From Bacteroidales bacterium (GTDB lineage Bacteria; Bacteroidota; Bacteroidia; Bacteroidales; P3): a DNA stretch of 64,000 nt. Every line of letters starts with the position of its first letter. Positions within the stretch are counted from its first letter, which is position 1. This document shows, piece after piece, positions 1-8,982 of the stretch. The stretch lies in NCBI GenBank assembly GCA_017480225.1, contig JAFVBB010000010.1, positions 120,748 to 184,747 of the forward strand, written 5' to 3'. The notes under the pieces are model-generated. The model was not told the DNA's origin and ran no database searches. It worked only from the letters and a program-made list of their open reading frames with translations. The translations under genes were made by a program, and so were the position numbers.

Positions 1-559
1 GCAGAAGGCGCTGCTGGTAGAGCGGCACACCAAACGACTGGTAGCGCTCCAGCCACGGCGTGGCGTAGCGGTCAATGCTGACGCAGAGCGTGCTTTGGTC
101 GCAAAAGACGCGGTTCTGGTAGTCGTCGAAGTCGCCGGTGATGAGCGTGAAGAACGAGCTGTAGCGCATCGACGGGCAGAGCTTCTCCGCACGTGCCATG
201 GCACGCCCCAGGCCGCGCTCCACGTCGCCCAGGTCGGAATAGAGCGAGTCGGTGACATGGTAGACGTACTGCAGAACGGGGTCGGACACAAAGGCGGCCA
301 CACTCTCCATGTAGGCGGCGTTGTCGGGGGCCACGTTGAGCAGCGGCGTGCTGAAGCGTGCCCGGTTCTGGCGCAGCACATCGCGCAGCGACTGCGGGGG
401 CGTGGTGAAGAGCAGTTGCTCGAAGCGCTCAAAGGCTACATTCTTCCCGCCACCGCCGCAGCCGGCCGCCACGACAGCCGACAGCACTATGCAAAAAAAA
501 GGCAGCCGCAGTTGCCTGCGGACATGCCTTTTACTGATGCCTGTAACGCGGTGCGTCAT
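1..559 (-). CDS. GldB-like gliding-motility lipoprotein, N-terminal part only (gene runs off the left edge)
   Basis: Hand translation of the minus strand from ATG 559..557 gives MTHRVTGISKRHVRRQLRLPFFCIVLSAVVAAGCGGGGKNVAFERFEQLLFTTPP... It has a lipobox (AAGC), and the ERFxxxxF block and later blocks resemble the GldB family. There is an ATGA overlap with the stop of the DUF349 gene. It is absent from the ORF track because no stop lies in the window. Confidence 0.5.
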   Translation of the reverse strand, partial: MTHRVTGISKRHVRRQLRLPFFCIVLSAVVAAGCGGGGKNVAFERFEQLLFTTPPQSLRDVLRQNRARFSTPLLNVAPDNAAYMESVAAFVSDPVLQYVYHVTDSLYSDLGDVERGLGRAMARAEKLCPSMRYSSFFTLITGDFDDYQNRVFCDQSTLCVSIDRYATPWLERYQSFGVPLYQQRLL

Positions 560-2460
560 TTCTCCGCCTCTTCCTTCTTGCTCTCCTCGACCAGGATGCG
601 CAGTTTGGCCTGCAACAGGGCAATCTGCTGGCGAGCACCCTGCATCTTCTTGTCAAACTCCTGCTTCAGCAGGTCGGCCTGCTTGCTCGACGCCAGGAAG
701 CCCAGATTGTTCTCCCACAGCGCCAGGTCGGAGCGCAGCTTCTCGATGCGGTCGGTCAGTTCCTGCCGCTCGTCGTGCACAAAGCGGCGGGTGTCGCCGC
801 CCATGGAGCGGATGCGCTCGCGGTAGGCAGTGGCCTCGGCCTCGCGGGCACTAATCTTGAGGCGCTCGAAGATGCCGTCTACCAAGCCGCGGAACTCCTT
901 TTGCAGGCGATCCTTCTCGGCCATAGGCACATACCCGGCCTCGGCCCAGCGGCGCTGGAAGTCCTTGATGACGTTGAGGTTCTCGTTGCGGTCGTCGCCG
1001 AACTCGTGAGCCTTGAGCTCTTCAATTATTGCCTGCTTCTTTGCCAGGCTCTCGCCCTCGCTGGAGCGGCGGTCGGCAAAGTAGGCGCCCTTGCGCTCGA
1101 AGAAGCGGTCGCACGCCGAGCGGAAACGGTGCCACACCTTGTCGCTCACCTTGCGGCTGACTGAGCCTATCTCCCTCCATTCCTTCTGCAGCTGCAGCAG
1201 TTCCTCGGTAGCCTTCTTCCAGTCGTCGCGCTCGGCTATGGCCTCGGCCTTGAGGCAGAGGTCGACCTTCTTCTGGTAGTTGCTGTCCTGCTGGTCGCGC
1301 ACGGTGGAGAAGTACTCTTTTTTGTCGGAGTAATGCTTGTCGATGATGCCCTTGAACTTGGCCCAGATCTCCTCGTTCACCTCGCGCGGCACCGGGCCTA
1401 TGGTTTTCCACACCTTGAGCAGCTCATCGAGGGCGGTGGTCACCTCGTTCCAGCGGCGCGCGCCCTGCGGCTGCTCGGCGGTGAGCTCGGTGGCCTTCTC
1501 CACCAGTGCCTGCTTGGCCAGCAGGTTGCTCTCCTGCTCGGCATGGAGCTGGTCGTAGTACTCCCTGCGGCGTTGGTCAATGCGCGCCGCCGCCGTCTGG
1601 AAGCGTTGCCATATCTCCTCGTTCTGCTCCTGCGGCACGGGGCCAATCTCCTTCCACTGGGCACGCAGGTCCTGCAAGCCCTTGAATGCCTTGCTGACCG
1701 AAGGCTCGACGATGAGTTCCTCGGCACGCTCGCAGAGGGTAATCTTCTGCTCGAGGTTGCGTTTCTGGTCGAGTGCCCTCAACTCGCGCCCTTGCTGCAG
1801 CTTGGCAAAGAACTGCTCCATGTGGAAATGGTAGTTCTGCCACAGGTCGTTCATCTGGTCGCGCGGCACGTCGCCTATGTTCTTCCACCGCTCCTGTATG
1901 TCGGCGAAGCGGTCGAGCGATGCACGCACCTGCTCCTCGCCGCTGTCCACGAGTCCGCGCAGTTCCTCAATCAGGGCACGCTTGGCCTCGAGGTTCTTCT
2001 TTTTCTGCTCCTCGAGTTGCTCGATGAACTGCTGGCGCTTTTCGCGGTACTGGTCGTAGAGTTGGTAGAAGCGGTCGGCAAGAGGGTCGTCCTGCGCCTT
2101 GAAGTCGTCGCGGTTGCCCCCTGCCTCCACAAAAGCGTCCTGCTCCTGCTGCTGCATGGCTCTCGTCAGTTCGCCGAAGCGTGTCCTGACGGCCTGCGCG
2201 CGTCCTTTCACTCGCTGCACTTCCTCGTGCAGCAGCTCTTCAAGGCAGGCCAACAGGCTCTCGCGGTCCATTGCGCTGTAGTCGACTACCGGCTCGGCCT
2301 CGTGCTCCTCAGGCTTGGAGGCCTCCGGGGTTTCTGCCTGGACGGCAGGCTCAGTGGCCTCTACGGTCTCTGCGTTGGCTTGTGTCTCCGTGGCCTCGGC
2401 CTCGGGTTGCTGTTGCAGCTGCTCGTTTTCGGCCTGCTGCAGGGGGGTGGTTTCTTCCAT
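556..2460 (-). CDS. DUF349 domain-containing protein
   Basis: 634-aa ORF with repeated helical units carrying W..F motifs (EIWQRFQTAAARI, EIWAKFKGIIDKHY, KVWHRFRSACDRFF) typical of DUF349. It has an acidic, Q/E-rich N-terminus. Confidence 0.75.
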   Translation of the reverse strand: MEETTPLQQAENEQLQQQPEAEATETQANAETVEATEPAVQAETPEASKPEEHEAEPVVDYSAMDRESLLACLEELLHEEVQRVKGRAQAVRTRFGELTRAMQQQEQDAFVEAGGNRDDFKAQDDPLADRFYQLYDQYREKRQQFIEQLEEQKKKNLEAKRALIEELRGLVDSGEEQVRASLDRFADIQERWKNIGDVPRDQMNDLWQNYHFHMEQFFAKLQQGRELRALDQKRNLEQKITLCERAEELIVEPSVSKAFKGLQDLRAQWKEIGPVPQEQNEEIWQRFQTAAARIDQRRREYYDQLHAEQESNLLAKQALVEKATELTAEQPQGARRWNEVTTALDELLKVWKTIGPVPREVNEEIWAKFKGIIDKHYSDKKEYFSTVRDQQDSNYQKKVDLCLKAEAIAERDDWKKATEELLQLQKEWREIGSVSRKVSDKVWHRFRSACDRFFERKGAYFADRRSSEGESLAKKQAIIEELKAHEFGDDRNENLNVIKDFQRRWAEAGYVPMAEKDRLQKEFRGLVDGIFERLKISAREAEATAYRERIRSMGGDTRRFVHDERQELTDRIEKLRSDLALWENNLGFLASSKQADLLKQEFDKKMQGARQQIALLQAKLRILVEESKKEEAEK

Positions 2461-2557
2461 GATAGAAGGATTTTGGTTGTTTTAGGATTACTGTGGGCGC
2501 GGCGCACTGGCGCAGCGGCACCAAAGGTTGTTTAACTTGCTGTCTTGGCTCAATTGG

Positions 2558-3346
2558 TTACTTCATGTTGATGAACGGCACCGCGTCGCCCATCATGTAC
2601 TGTGGCAGTATGCCATTCCATTTCTGCACAGCCTCGTAGCTGACCAGCTTGGGGTTGCGCTCCAGTGCATTGGCCTTTATGCGCATGGCCTCGGCCTCGG
2701 CCTCGGCGGCAATCTTGGTCTGCTTGGCCTGTTCCTCAACCTGTATGGTCACGTTCTTGGCACGGAGGGCGTTCTGCTCGGCCACCTGCTTCTCCTTGAT
2801 GGCGTTCTCGAACTGGTCGTCGAAGTCGATGTCGACCAGCTGGAACTGCACGTTGGTGAAATAGTTGCTGTCGAGAGTCAGCCGCAGGGTGTTTTCTATC
2901 TCCTTGCGCACCTCGTTACGGTTCTCCACTATCTCGGTGGCGGCAAAGTTGCCGAAACTCTCCTTCATGGCCGAGCGTATGAACGGCACCACAATGCGGT
3001 TGTGGTAGTCCATGCCCACGTTGCGGTACAGCTGGTTGACGTTCTCTCGTACGAGGTCGTAGTTGATGGTGTAGTCAACCTCCGAGGTCTGCACGTCGCG
3101 CGTGTAGGTATTCTCGTGGCCGTCGAATTTCTTCTGCTGTATGTTGATTTTCTTGACGCTCTGGATGAATGGCACTTTCATGTGCAGACCATCCTCGATG
3201 GTGTTCTCCGATATGCGACCGAAGGTGCTGAGGATGCCGCGCTCGGTGCTCTTGATGGTATAGAACGATGAGGAGGCCAGGATGAGCACTACAACTGCCA
3301 GCACCACGATAGTGACTGTCTTTTTTGTTTCTCCGAAGAAGTTCAT
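2558..3346 (-). CDS. SPFH/Band 7 (prohibitin-like) membrane protein
   Basis: The internal start MNFFGETKKTVTIVVLAVVVLILASS (TM anchor) is followed by an SPFH-like core and an AEAEAEA coiled region. The 395-aa track ORF has a 133-aa Arg/Pro-rich artefactual extension. Confidence 0.75.
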   Translation of the reverse strand: MNFFGETKKTVTIVVLAVVVLILASSSFYTIKSTERGILSTFGRISENTIEDGLHMKVPFIQSVKKINIQQKKFDGHENTYTRDVQTSEVDYTINYDLVRENVNQLYRNVGMDYHNRIVVPFIRSAMKESFGNFAATEIVENRNEVRKEIENTLRLTLDSNYFTNVQFQLVDIDFDDQFENAIKEKQVAEQNALRAKNVTIQVEEQAKQTKIAAEAEAEAMRIKANALERNPKLVSYEAVQKWNGILPQYMMGDAVPFINMK

Positions 3347-3387
3347 TGCTTGCTGTGTTTTTTGTTTGTTATTTGATTGTCTCTTTT

Positions 3388-4164
3388 TTAGTCGCACAGG
3401 ATGTAGAGGTCGTCGCGGGGGTTGAGCAGCAGAAGCGGCGTACGCGAAGCATGGCGGAGCAGGCGAAGCTCCGGACGCGGCATGAACCAATCTACTACAT
3501 CGCGGTCGCGCGTGTCGGTGGTGCGAGCCACAAGCAGGTCGGGGCTGGTCTGTTCCAGAGCCTTGATGTCGACACCAGTTGTGCCGTCGAGTTTTTCGGT
3601 ACGGATTCCTATACCCAGCGGAGCGTACATCTTCTCGGCAAAGCGCATGTTGTTCTGCAGCTGCGAGCGCAGCCCTTGGTCGGAATAGTCGGGATGGGCG
3701 ATGGTAATCTCCGCCCCGCAGAAACGGGCGAGATATGAGGCCCACACTAACTTCTCTTTACCCTCACGTCGGTGGTTGAGCGTGAGCGTCACCCTGTCGG
3801 TGCGGCACTCCCCGCCAGCAGCGTCTACGCACAGATAGGCTATCTTGCACCTGCTGAACTGGCGCAGCAGATTAGACGGATTGGCCAGCGAAGTACGCGG
3901 CGCACTTGCATCAACTGCCGTCACCGCCAATATTCCACCATACCTGAGGGGCAGCCCTTCAATGGCTGTGGCCCAGTCGCCACTCTTCAGCCCCACATAG
4001 GGCACCCCCAACTCTTTTAGCCAACCATTGTCGCCGCCAGCGCTTATATTGAGAACGAACAGCCCCTTGTGGCGAAGCCGCCCGGCCATATACCATGCCC
4101 ACTCCAGCACCACTCGCGCATGTGCCTCGTTGTCGATGCATGCTATGACAAACTGGTCTTTCAT
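3388..4164 (-). CDS. Hypothetical protein, possibly a tandem universal-stress-protein-like fold
   Basis: The start MKDQFVIACIDNE at 4164 forms an ATGA overlap with the upstream gene stop. The alternating beta-alpha pattern and size (258 aa) fit tandem USP-like proteins. The functional call is weak. Confidence 0.4.
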   Translation of the reverse strand: MKDQFVIACIDNEAHARVVLEWAWYMAGRLRHKGLFVLNISAGGDNGWLKELGVPYVGLKSGDWATAIEGLPLRYGGILAVTAVDASAPRTSLANPSNLLRQFSRCKIAYLCVDAAGGECRTDRVTLTLNHRREGKEKLVWASYLARFCGAEITIAHPDYSDQGLRSQLQNNMRFAEKMYAPLGIGIRTEKLDGTTGVDIKALEQTSPDLLVARTTDTRDRDVVDWFMPRPELRLLRHASRTPLLLLNPRDDLYILCD

Positions 4165-7100
4165 CGTATGAGGGTGATGTCGCCTTTCAGGTCGTTTTCC
4201 TGCCCACTGACACACCGGATGTGGCATGTGTAGGTATAGACCCCCTGCAGGCACGGCCTGCCGTTGAACGTGCCGTCCCAGCAGGTGCCCAGCGCGTCGC
4301 TGCTGAACACGCACTGTCCCCAGCGGTTAAAGATGGCAATACTGAAGTCGGTGATGAGGTCAGAGTTGAAGCACACCATGTCGTTGATGCCGTCGCCGTC
4401 GGGGGTGAATGCATTGGGCAGAGCCAGCTCCGGCTCGCCGCAGACAATGGCAGTGCACTCCACGCATGTCCTTGCCGATGCCTCGCAGCCCAACTCACTC
4501 ACGGCGGTCACCGTGTAGCACACCAGCGTGTCGTCGGGCGTGGCCAATGGGTCGCTGGCGCCAGGGTTGTCTACCGTATGGCCTGGCAGCCAGTTGTAGA
4601 TTGCCGTACCCTCGACTCCTGAAGTATGAAGGCGCACACTCTCGCCAAGGATGATGTGGTCACGCTCGACCCAGGCACGCAGACTGTCCACCGTATGGTC
4701 ACGCACAATGAGCGACGTGTCAACCACCGGGCAGCCCCCTATCGTGAACGGCGTTATGTAAAGGCCATCACATAGGCCATCTATCATCGTGTCTTTCCAC
4801 ATTGGCATTCCCATACCGTCGCCCACCATGTAGTTCAGGTGAATGTAGCCCAAGCAACTGTCCGTGCATAGTGCCTTGCTGAAATCCTTCTCGTATGGCG
4901 GCACCGGCGGGTTGGGCAATGTCAGCACTTTCTCTGCGGTGCACCCATGCGCCTCGGCGACAATGTGGTACTCCACTCCGGGAGCCATGCTGTCAATGTC
5001 CACCATCCACCGTCCGTTCTGCTCGTATGGTTGGCCGACCGGGCACTGCGGCGTCACATCCAACTGCATCTCCTCGTGTTCCACGCCATTGCCTATCACC
5101 ACCGTGGCTCCGCCATCTATGCTGTCGTGGCAACTGATGGCCCGCACCCGAACAGTGTCAATGATGCGGTAGGCCATCACATGGAATGTGTCGGTCTGCA
5201 CACATCCGTCGGCCGTGGTGCTGAGCACATAGGTGCCGGTGGTGCTCACCCATGGGTTGGCCACCGAGGCGTCGCTCACCTCGTCGCCGCTCCACTGGTA
5301 GCTGGCTCCCAATGACGGCTTGACACCTATCTGTATCGGTATGCCGTTGCACGCAATCTCGGGCATGTGGGAAAGGTTAAGATTGTCGAGCACCTGCACC
5401 ACATGGGTCTGCGTGTCGGCTGCGGCGCACCCGCCAGGCATCTGCGAAATGAGGGTGATGGTGTAAGTGCCAGCCACGGTGTAGGTGTGCGTGGGCGAAT
5501 GCTCGGTCGAGGTCGAGCCGTCACCAAAATCCCACAAAAACTCAGTGCCACGCCCCGTGTTTTGCAGTTCGAGTGTGTAAGGCACGCAACCCGACTGCGG
5601 CAGCGTGAAGTCGGCCACAGGGAAGTCGTCGCGCACGTTGTATCGGAAAATGGCGTTGTTACAGTTCTCAGCCTTGTTGGTTGTGCTCCACACCCCATCA
5701 GTCACCGGGAAGCCCTGGTTGCCGCTGCACGAGGCGCACACCGACTGGTAGATAGTGGCCATGCGGTCAAAGCACGAGGTGCCGCCATCCACGTGGTCGC
5801 GTCCGCTGTAGCTGCTCGAGCTGTTGTGCAGCTCGCCGAAAAAGGTTGCGTGCTCAAGCGACGAAGCGTCCATGCCGAGGCTGAAGATGTAGAAGTCCTG
5901 CCCGTCGGTGGTGTCTTGATAGGCGTCGGCTGTTATCTCCATGCCCTGCGTGCCACGCGAGTTCCATGCCACACCGCCCGGACCGGCAAACTCACGCCCC
6001 CACCCTGCTCCATACACACGGTTGCAGATGTCGACGCCGAAGGCCGTTGGCGAGAGGTTGATGCGCCCGGGCGTGCCAATCACGGTGCTCCAGCGGCGGG
6101 TCTTCAGCCACGGGTCGAAATGCGCTATCAGCATCCCGCTGTTGTAGACACTGTAAGCGGCGTTGTATATCATGTTTGAGCCGCTGTTGAGGGAATGGCC
6201 GAATACGAACACCTCGTCGTGACGGCCGCTGCGCACAAAGTAAATCTGGTCGCTGAAGCGGTCGCCGACAAAGGTCGACGCCATGAGGCGCTCGCCGCCA
6301 TAGGAGATCTTGCTTATGAACCCATCGGTCGGGCCGCCGCCATATTCTGTCTGGAACGTGCCGTCTGTCACCGGGAAGTCAGTGCTCGACGTGCCGCCGC
6401 AAACCAGCAGATTATAAGCCGAGTCAACGTCGACATTGTACACGGCGTCGTCCATCGAGCCGCCGAGATAGGTACTCCACAGCAGGTTGCGCAGATTGTA
6501 GTCCAGCTTGAACACCACACCGTCCTGCCTTCCGCCGCTCGACGGCTGCACACTGCCCTCCGTTGTCGGGAAGTCACTGCTGAACGTGGTGCTGCCCACG
6601 TAGACGTTGTTGAGGTTGTCTGTGATTATCGAGCCGCGCGCGCCGTCGCTGTAGTTGTAGTATAGCGAATCGTTGCCGCCATACAAGACGGTGGTGTTGT
6701 AGTTGAAGTAGTTGCGGAAGTTCAACCCATCGTTGCCGCTGCCACCCACCAGGGTCGAGGCCTTCAACTCGGTGCCGTCGGTGCTGAAACTGCACACAAA
6801 GATGTCGCTTCCATTGGGGAAACCAATACTCGACGACATGTAGTTGACCGACTGCCCGCCGCCGAATGTCTGCTGGAAAGCGCCGGTAGTCACCGGGAAG
6901 TTGCCCGAGCCGGTGGTGCCGAACACCAGCAGCTCGTCGAATGAGTTCACCACCATGCTGTGAGGCATGTCGGTGCGGTTGCCGCCAAGATAGGTGGCAT
7001 ACATGCGCACCTGACCGCTGGAGTCGAACTTGAAGATGCCCACGTCCACACCGCCACCGCTGCTCGTCTGGTAGGCTCCGAGCGACGTGGGGTAGCCAAT

Positions 7101-7940
7101 GCTGAACACCATCCCCGCCGTGTAGACGTGCTTCTTCGAGTCGTAGGCCGCCGTGGTGCCCCAGTTGTCGGCTGTAGAGCCGGTGTAGGTAGAGAAGAAG
7201 AGCACCGGGTCAACCACCAGGTCGCGCCCCGTGTCGTAGTCGCCCACGACTATGCCCGCCCTGTAGAGGCCGTCCTTTCCTCGGGTCACCCGCCACTCGC
7301 TCTTCACCTCCACACGGCCACCGTCGGCGGTGGACTGATAGACATATGGCTTCAACTCAACCACGTCGCGCACCGTTGTGCGCACTCGCAGCGAGCCACC
7401 CCGCTCCACCGACACCCCGTCGGTGCCCTCGTAGACAATGACTATGGCCGCCGGGTCAGCGCCGGGATGCACCGTAAAATTGTACTTCAACGCACGGTCG
7501 GCACCGAGGATGTCGAGGTCGATGCCGTCGTAAATACCGGCATAGTGCAGCGACTCGTAGACCGGCACCTTCGAGCGCCACATCGAGGGGTCGCCGCCGA
7601 GCATATAATTGTTGTAACTCTCCTGCGCCCCAATTCCGCGTGGCGCAGAGGAGCGGCAGCCCTCAAACGTCATGCGGTAGGCATGGCAGCGGGGCAATTC
7701 AGGCGAGTAAGGCTGCGGGTGCTCCGAATGCTCACGCAAGGCTATGGTCACCGAGCCATCGGCGGCGAACAGGGCTGCACCGTGCATCTGCGCCTCGAAA
7801 GCATAATCGCCGCTCCACTGGCCAAGGTTGGGCACAAAACCCACCTCCACGCCCACCCCTATGGTGTCGCGCTCATTGCGCCCCCACGCGGCGACGCAAA
7901 ACAGCAGAAGCAGAGCCAGTATTTGCCCCCTACGCAGCAT
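4161..7940 (-). CDS. Large secreted SBBP-repeat/PKD protein with a T9SS type-B C-terminal sorting domain
   Basis: Signal peptide MLRRGQILALLLLFCVAAWG. Repeated YLGG...D...V...GGT.S.DFPVT.G.FQ blocks (SBBP beta-propeller repeats). PKD motif FLWDFGDGSTSTEHSPTHTYTVAGTYTITL. The C-terminus LPNAFTPDGDGINDMVCF...IFNRWGQCVF...WDGTFNGRPCLQGVYTY...GDITLIR matches the gliding-motility C-terminal domain. Confidence 0.85.
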   Translation of the reverse strand: MLRRGQILALLLLFCVAAWGRNERDTIGVGVEVGFVPNLGQWSGDYAFEAQMHGAALFAADGSVTIALREHSEHPQPYSPELPRCHAYRMTFEGCRSSAPRGIGAQESYNNYMLGGDPSMWRSKVPVYESLHYAGIYDGIDLDILGADRALKYNFTVHPGADPAAIVIVYEGTDGVSVERGGSLRVRTTVRDVVELKPYVYQSTADGGRVEVKSEWRVTRGKDGLYRAGIVVGDYDTGRDLVVDPVLFFSTYTGSTADNWGTTAAYDSKKHVYTAGMVFSIGYPTSLGAYQTSSGGGVDVGIFKFDSSGQVRMYATYLGGNRTDMPHSMVVNSFDELLVFGTTGSGNFPVTTGAFQQTFGGGQSVNYMSSSIGFPNGSDIFVCSFSTDGTELKASTLVGGSGNDGLNFRNYFNYNTTVLYGGNDSLYYNYSDGARGSIITDNLNNVYVGSTTFSSDFPTTEGSVQPSSGGRQDGVVFKLDYNLRNLLWSTYLGGSMDDAVYNVDVDSAYNLLVCGGTSSTDFPVTDGTFQTEYGGGPTDGFISKISYGGERLMASTFVGDRFSDQIYFVRSGRHDEVFVFGHSLNSGSNMIYNAAYSVYNSGMLIAHFDPWLKTRRWSTVIGTPGRINLSPTAFGVDICNRVYGAGWGREFAGPGGVAWNSRGTQGMEITADAYQDTTDGQDFYIFSLGMDASSLEHATFFGELHNSSSSYSGRDHVDGGTSCFDRMATIYQSVCASCSGNQGFPVTDGVWSTTNKAENCNNAIFRYNVRDDFPVADFTLPQSGCVPYTLELQNTGRGTEFLWDFGDGSTSTEHSPTHTYTVAGTYTITLISQMPGGCAAADTQTHVVQVLDNLNLSHMPEIACNGIPIQIGVKPSLGASYQWSGDEVSDASVANPWVSTTGTYVLSTTADGCVQTDTFHVMAYRIIDTVRVRAISCHDSIDGGATVVIGNGVEHEEMQLDVTPQCPVGQPYEQNGRWMVDIDSMAPGVEYHIVAEAHGCTAEKVLTLPNPPVPPYEKDFSKALCTDSCLGYIHLNYMVGDGMGMPMWKDTMIDGLCDGLYITPFTIGGCPVVDTSLIVRDHTVDSLRAWVERDHIILGESVRLHTSGVEGTAIYNWLPGHTVDNPGASDPLATPDDTLVCYTVTAVSELGCEASARTCVECTAIVCGEPELALPNAFTPDGDGINDMVCFNSDLITDFSIAIFNRWGQCVFSSDALGTCWDGTFNGRPCLQGVYTYTCHIRCVSGQENDLKGDITLIR

Positions 7941-7953
7941 AAGGCTGGCCACC

Positions 7954-8361
7954 CTAATACTGCACCATGGGTTCCATCTCCTTGGCCTGGGCAATCATCT
8001 TCTCCACCTCCTTCACCGAAGGCACACGGTTCACCAGATTCTTGGCCGCGTTCACCTCCTCCATCTTGGCCACCAGGTTGGCAGCCACGCGGTGACGGAA
8101 CTCCTTGATGGTGTCTACGCCCGAAGCCTCGAGCAGCTCGGCGAACTGGCCGGCCACACCCTTGATGCGGAAAAGGTCGGCGTGGTTGGTCCAGCGCAGT
8201 ATCAGCTTCTCGCTGATGCCGGTTCTCCCGGCCACTGTCTTGCGGCCCTGGCGCGTGGCGCAGGCGGCCAGCAGGTCGTCGGTGGTGCGGACGCCGGCCT
8301 CGGCCAGCACGGTGGCGTAAACTTCGCCGATACCCTCAATGTCAATAATCTTGTATGCCAT
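7954..8361 (-). CDS. DUF4332 domain-containing protein
   Basis: Internal start MAYKIIDIEGIGEVYATVLAEAGVRTTDDLL...RIKGVAGQFAELLEASGVDTIKEF, i.e. tandem helix-hairpin-helix-like units typical of DUF4332. The track ORF is extended by 54 codons. Confidence 0.7.
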   Translation of the reverse strand: MAYKIIDIEGIGEVYATVLAEAGVRTTDDLLAACATRQGRKTVAGRTGISEKLILRWTNHADLFRIKGVAGQFAELLEASGVDTIKEFRHRVAANLVAKMEEVNAAKNLVNRVPSVKEVEKMIAQAKEMEPMVQY

Positions 8362-8536
8362 ATTTGAGCTTGTTTTACTGTATGCTACGACCACACAACG
8401 CCAACCGGCGAACATTATTGTGCGGCACGACAAAAAATTAGAGCAAAGGCAACAATCACCTGTCCTTAGCCGACCACAGACTCTATCAATCCATCCCCGC
8501 AGCCAGCCCGGAAATCCCACCAAGGCAATGTCAACA

Positions 8537-8628
8537 CCGTCTGTTCTTCGATTGTTCTCCGATTGTTCTTCGATTTAATATCGAAGAACAATCGAAGAAC
8601 AATCGGAGAACAATCGAAGAACAGACGG
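8537..8628. repeat. Palindromic element copy 1, built from 11-bp TTCTYCGATTG units
   Basis: 8537-8574 is the exact reverse complement of 8591-8628 (38-bp stem). The 16-nt loop contains one extra unit. The same element occurs at 32239-32341 and 39713-39813. Confidence 0.9.
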
Positions 8629-8763
8629 CCTTGATATGGACTCAAGGCTTCTTTAGACTGGTTTTCAGTACATTGCAACACCAACAATTCATAAACAACT
8701 GTATATCACCATCCAAGACGATTGCTGTCGGGAATGGAAAAGGAGATGCTGGGGAGGGGATAG

Positions 8764-8982
8764 TCAGTCGAGATCCCAATACTGGTCGCCAAACTCTATC
8801 TGCATGGTGTGCTCGTGCAGGCGCTCGCCGATCATGTCGTCGTGACCCGAAAGCGCGGCGAATGGCGCAAACTGCGCGGCTCGGTCGGCCATGGGCATTG
8901 GCGGGTGCTTGGCCGACACCGGGCGAGGCAGGTCGATGATGTCGGCATAGAGGTTGCCGGCGAGGTTTGGGTCGCTACTCAT
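8764..8982 (-). CDS. YolD-like protein (accessory partner of the Y-family polymerase)
   Basis: 72 aa containing PMPMADRAAQFAPFAALSGHDDMI, the R..QF.PFAAL.G core of YolD-like proteins. It overlaps the upstream polymerase gene by 8 nt. Confidence 0.65.
   Translation of the reverse strand: MSSDPNLAGNLYADIIDLPRPVSAKHPPMPMADRAAQFAPFAALSGHDDMIGERLHEHTMQIEFGDQYWDLD

Noticed and set aside
493-500. Homopolymer tracts as slipped-strand phase-variation switches (A8 inside the GldB-like signal-peptide coding region, G8 at 16593-16600, A9 at 47484-47492)
   Set aside because: They are real in the sequence, but a single assembly gives no evidence of length variation. This is noted only as something read-level data could address.
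95-854. 243-aa and 177-aa plus-strand ORFs at the left edge
   Set aside because: They overlap the GldB-like and DUF349 genes on the opposite strand and are Arg/Ser/Cys-rich nonsense. The true gene here is on the minus strand and is missing from the track because it has no stop in the window.
8537-8628. Possible CRISPR array, because of the short direct repeats
   Set aside because: The 11-mers are contiguous with no spacers, and the two halves are inverted. There are no cas genes in the window.
8466-8687. Small ORFs translating the palindromic repeats (8466..8687, 32188..32460, 39634..39915, 31707..32405, N-terminus of 38696..39823) that share peptides such as RLFFDCSPIVLRLFFD and STPSVLRLFSDCSSIVLRF
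   Set aside because: The conserved peptide simply reflects the conserved nucleotide repeat and occurs in both orientations and several frames. There are no start signals and the flanks are unrelated.
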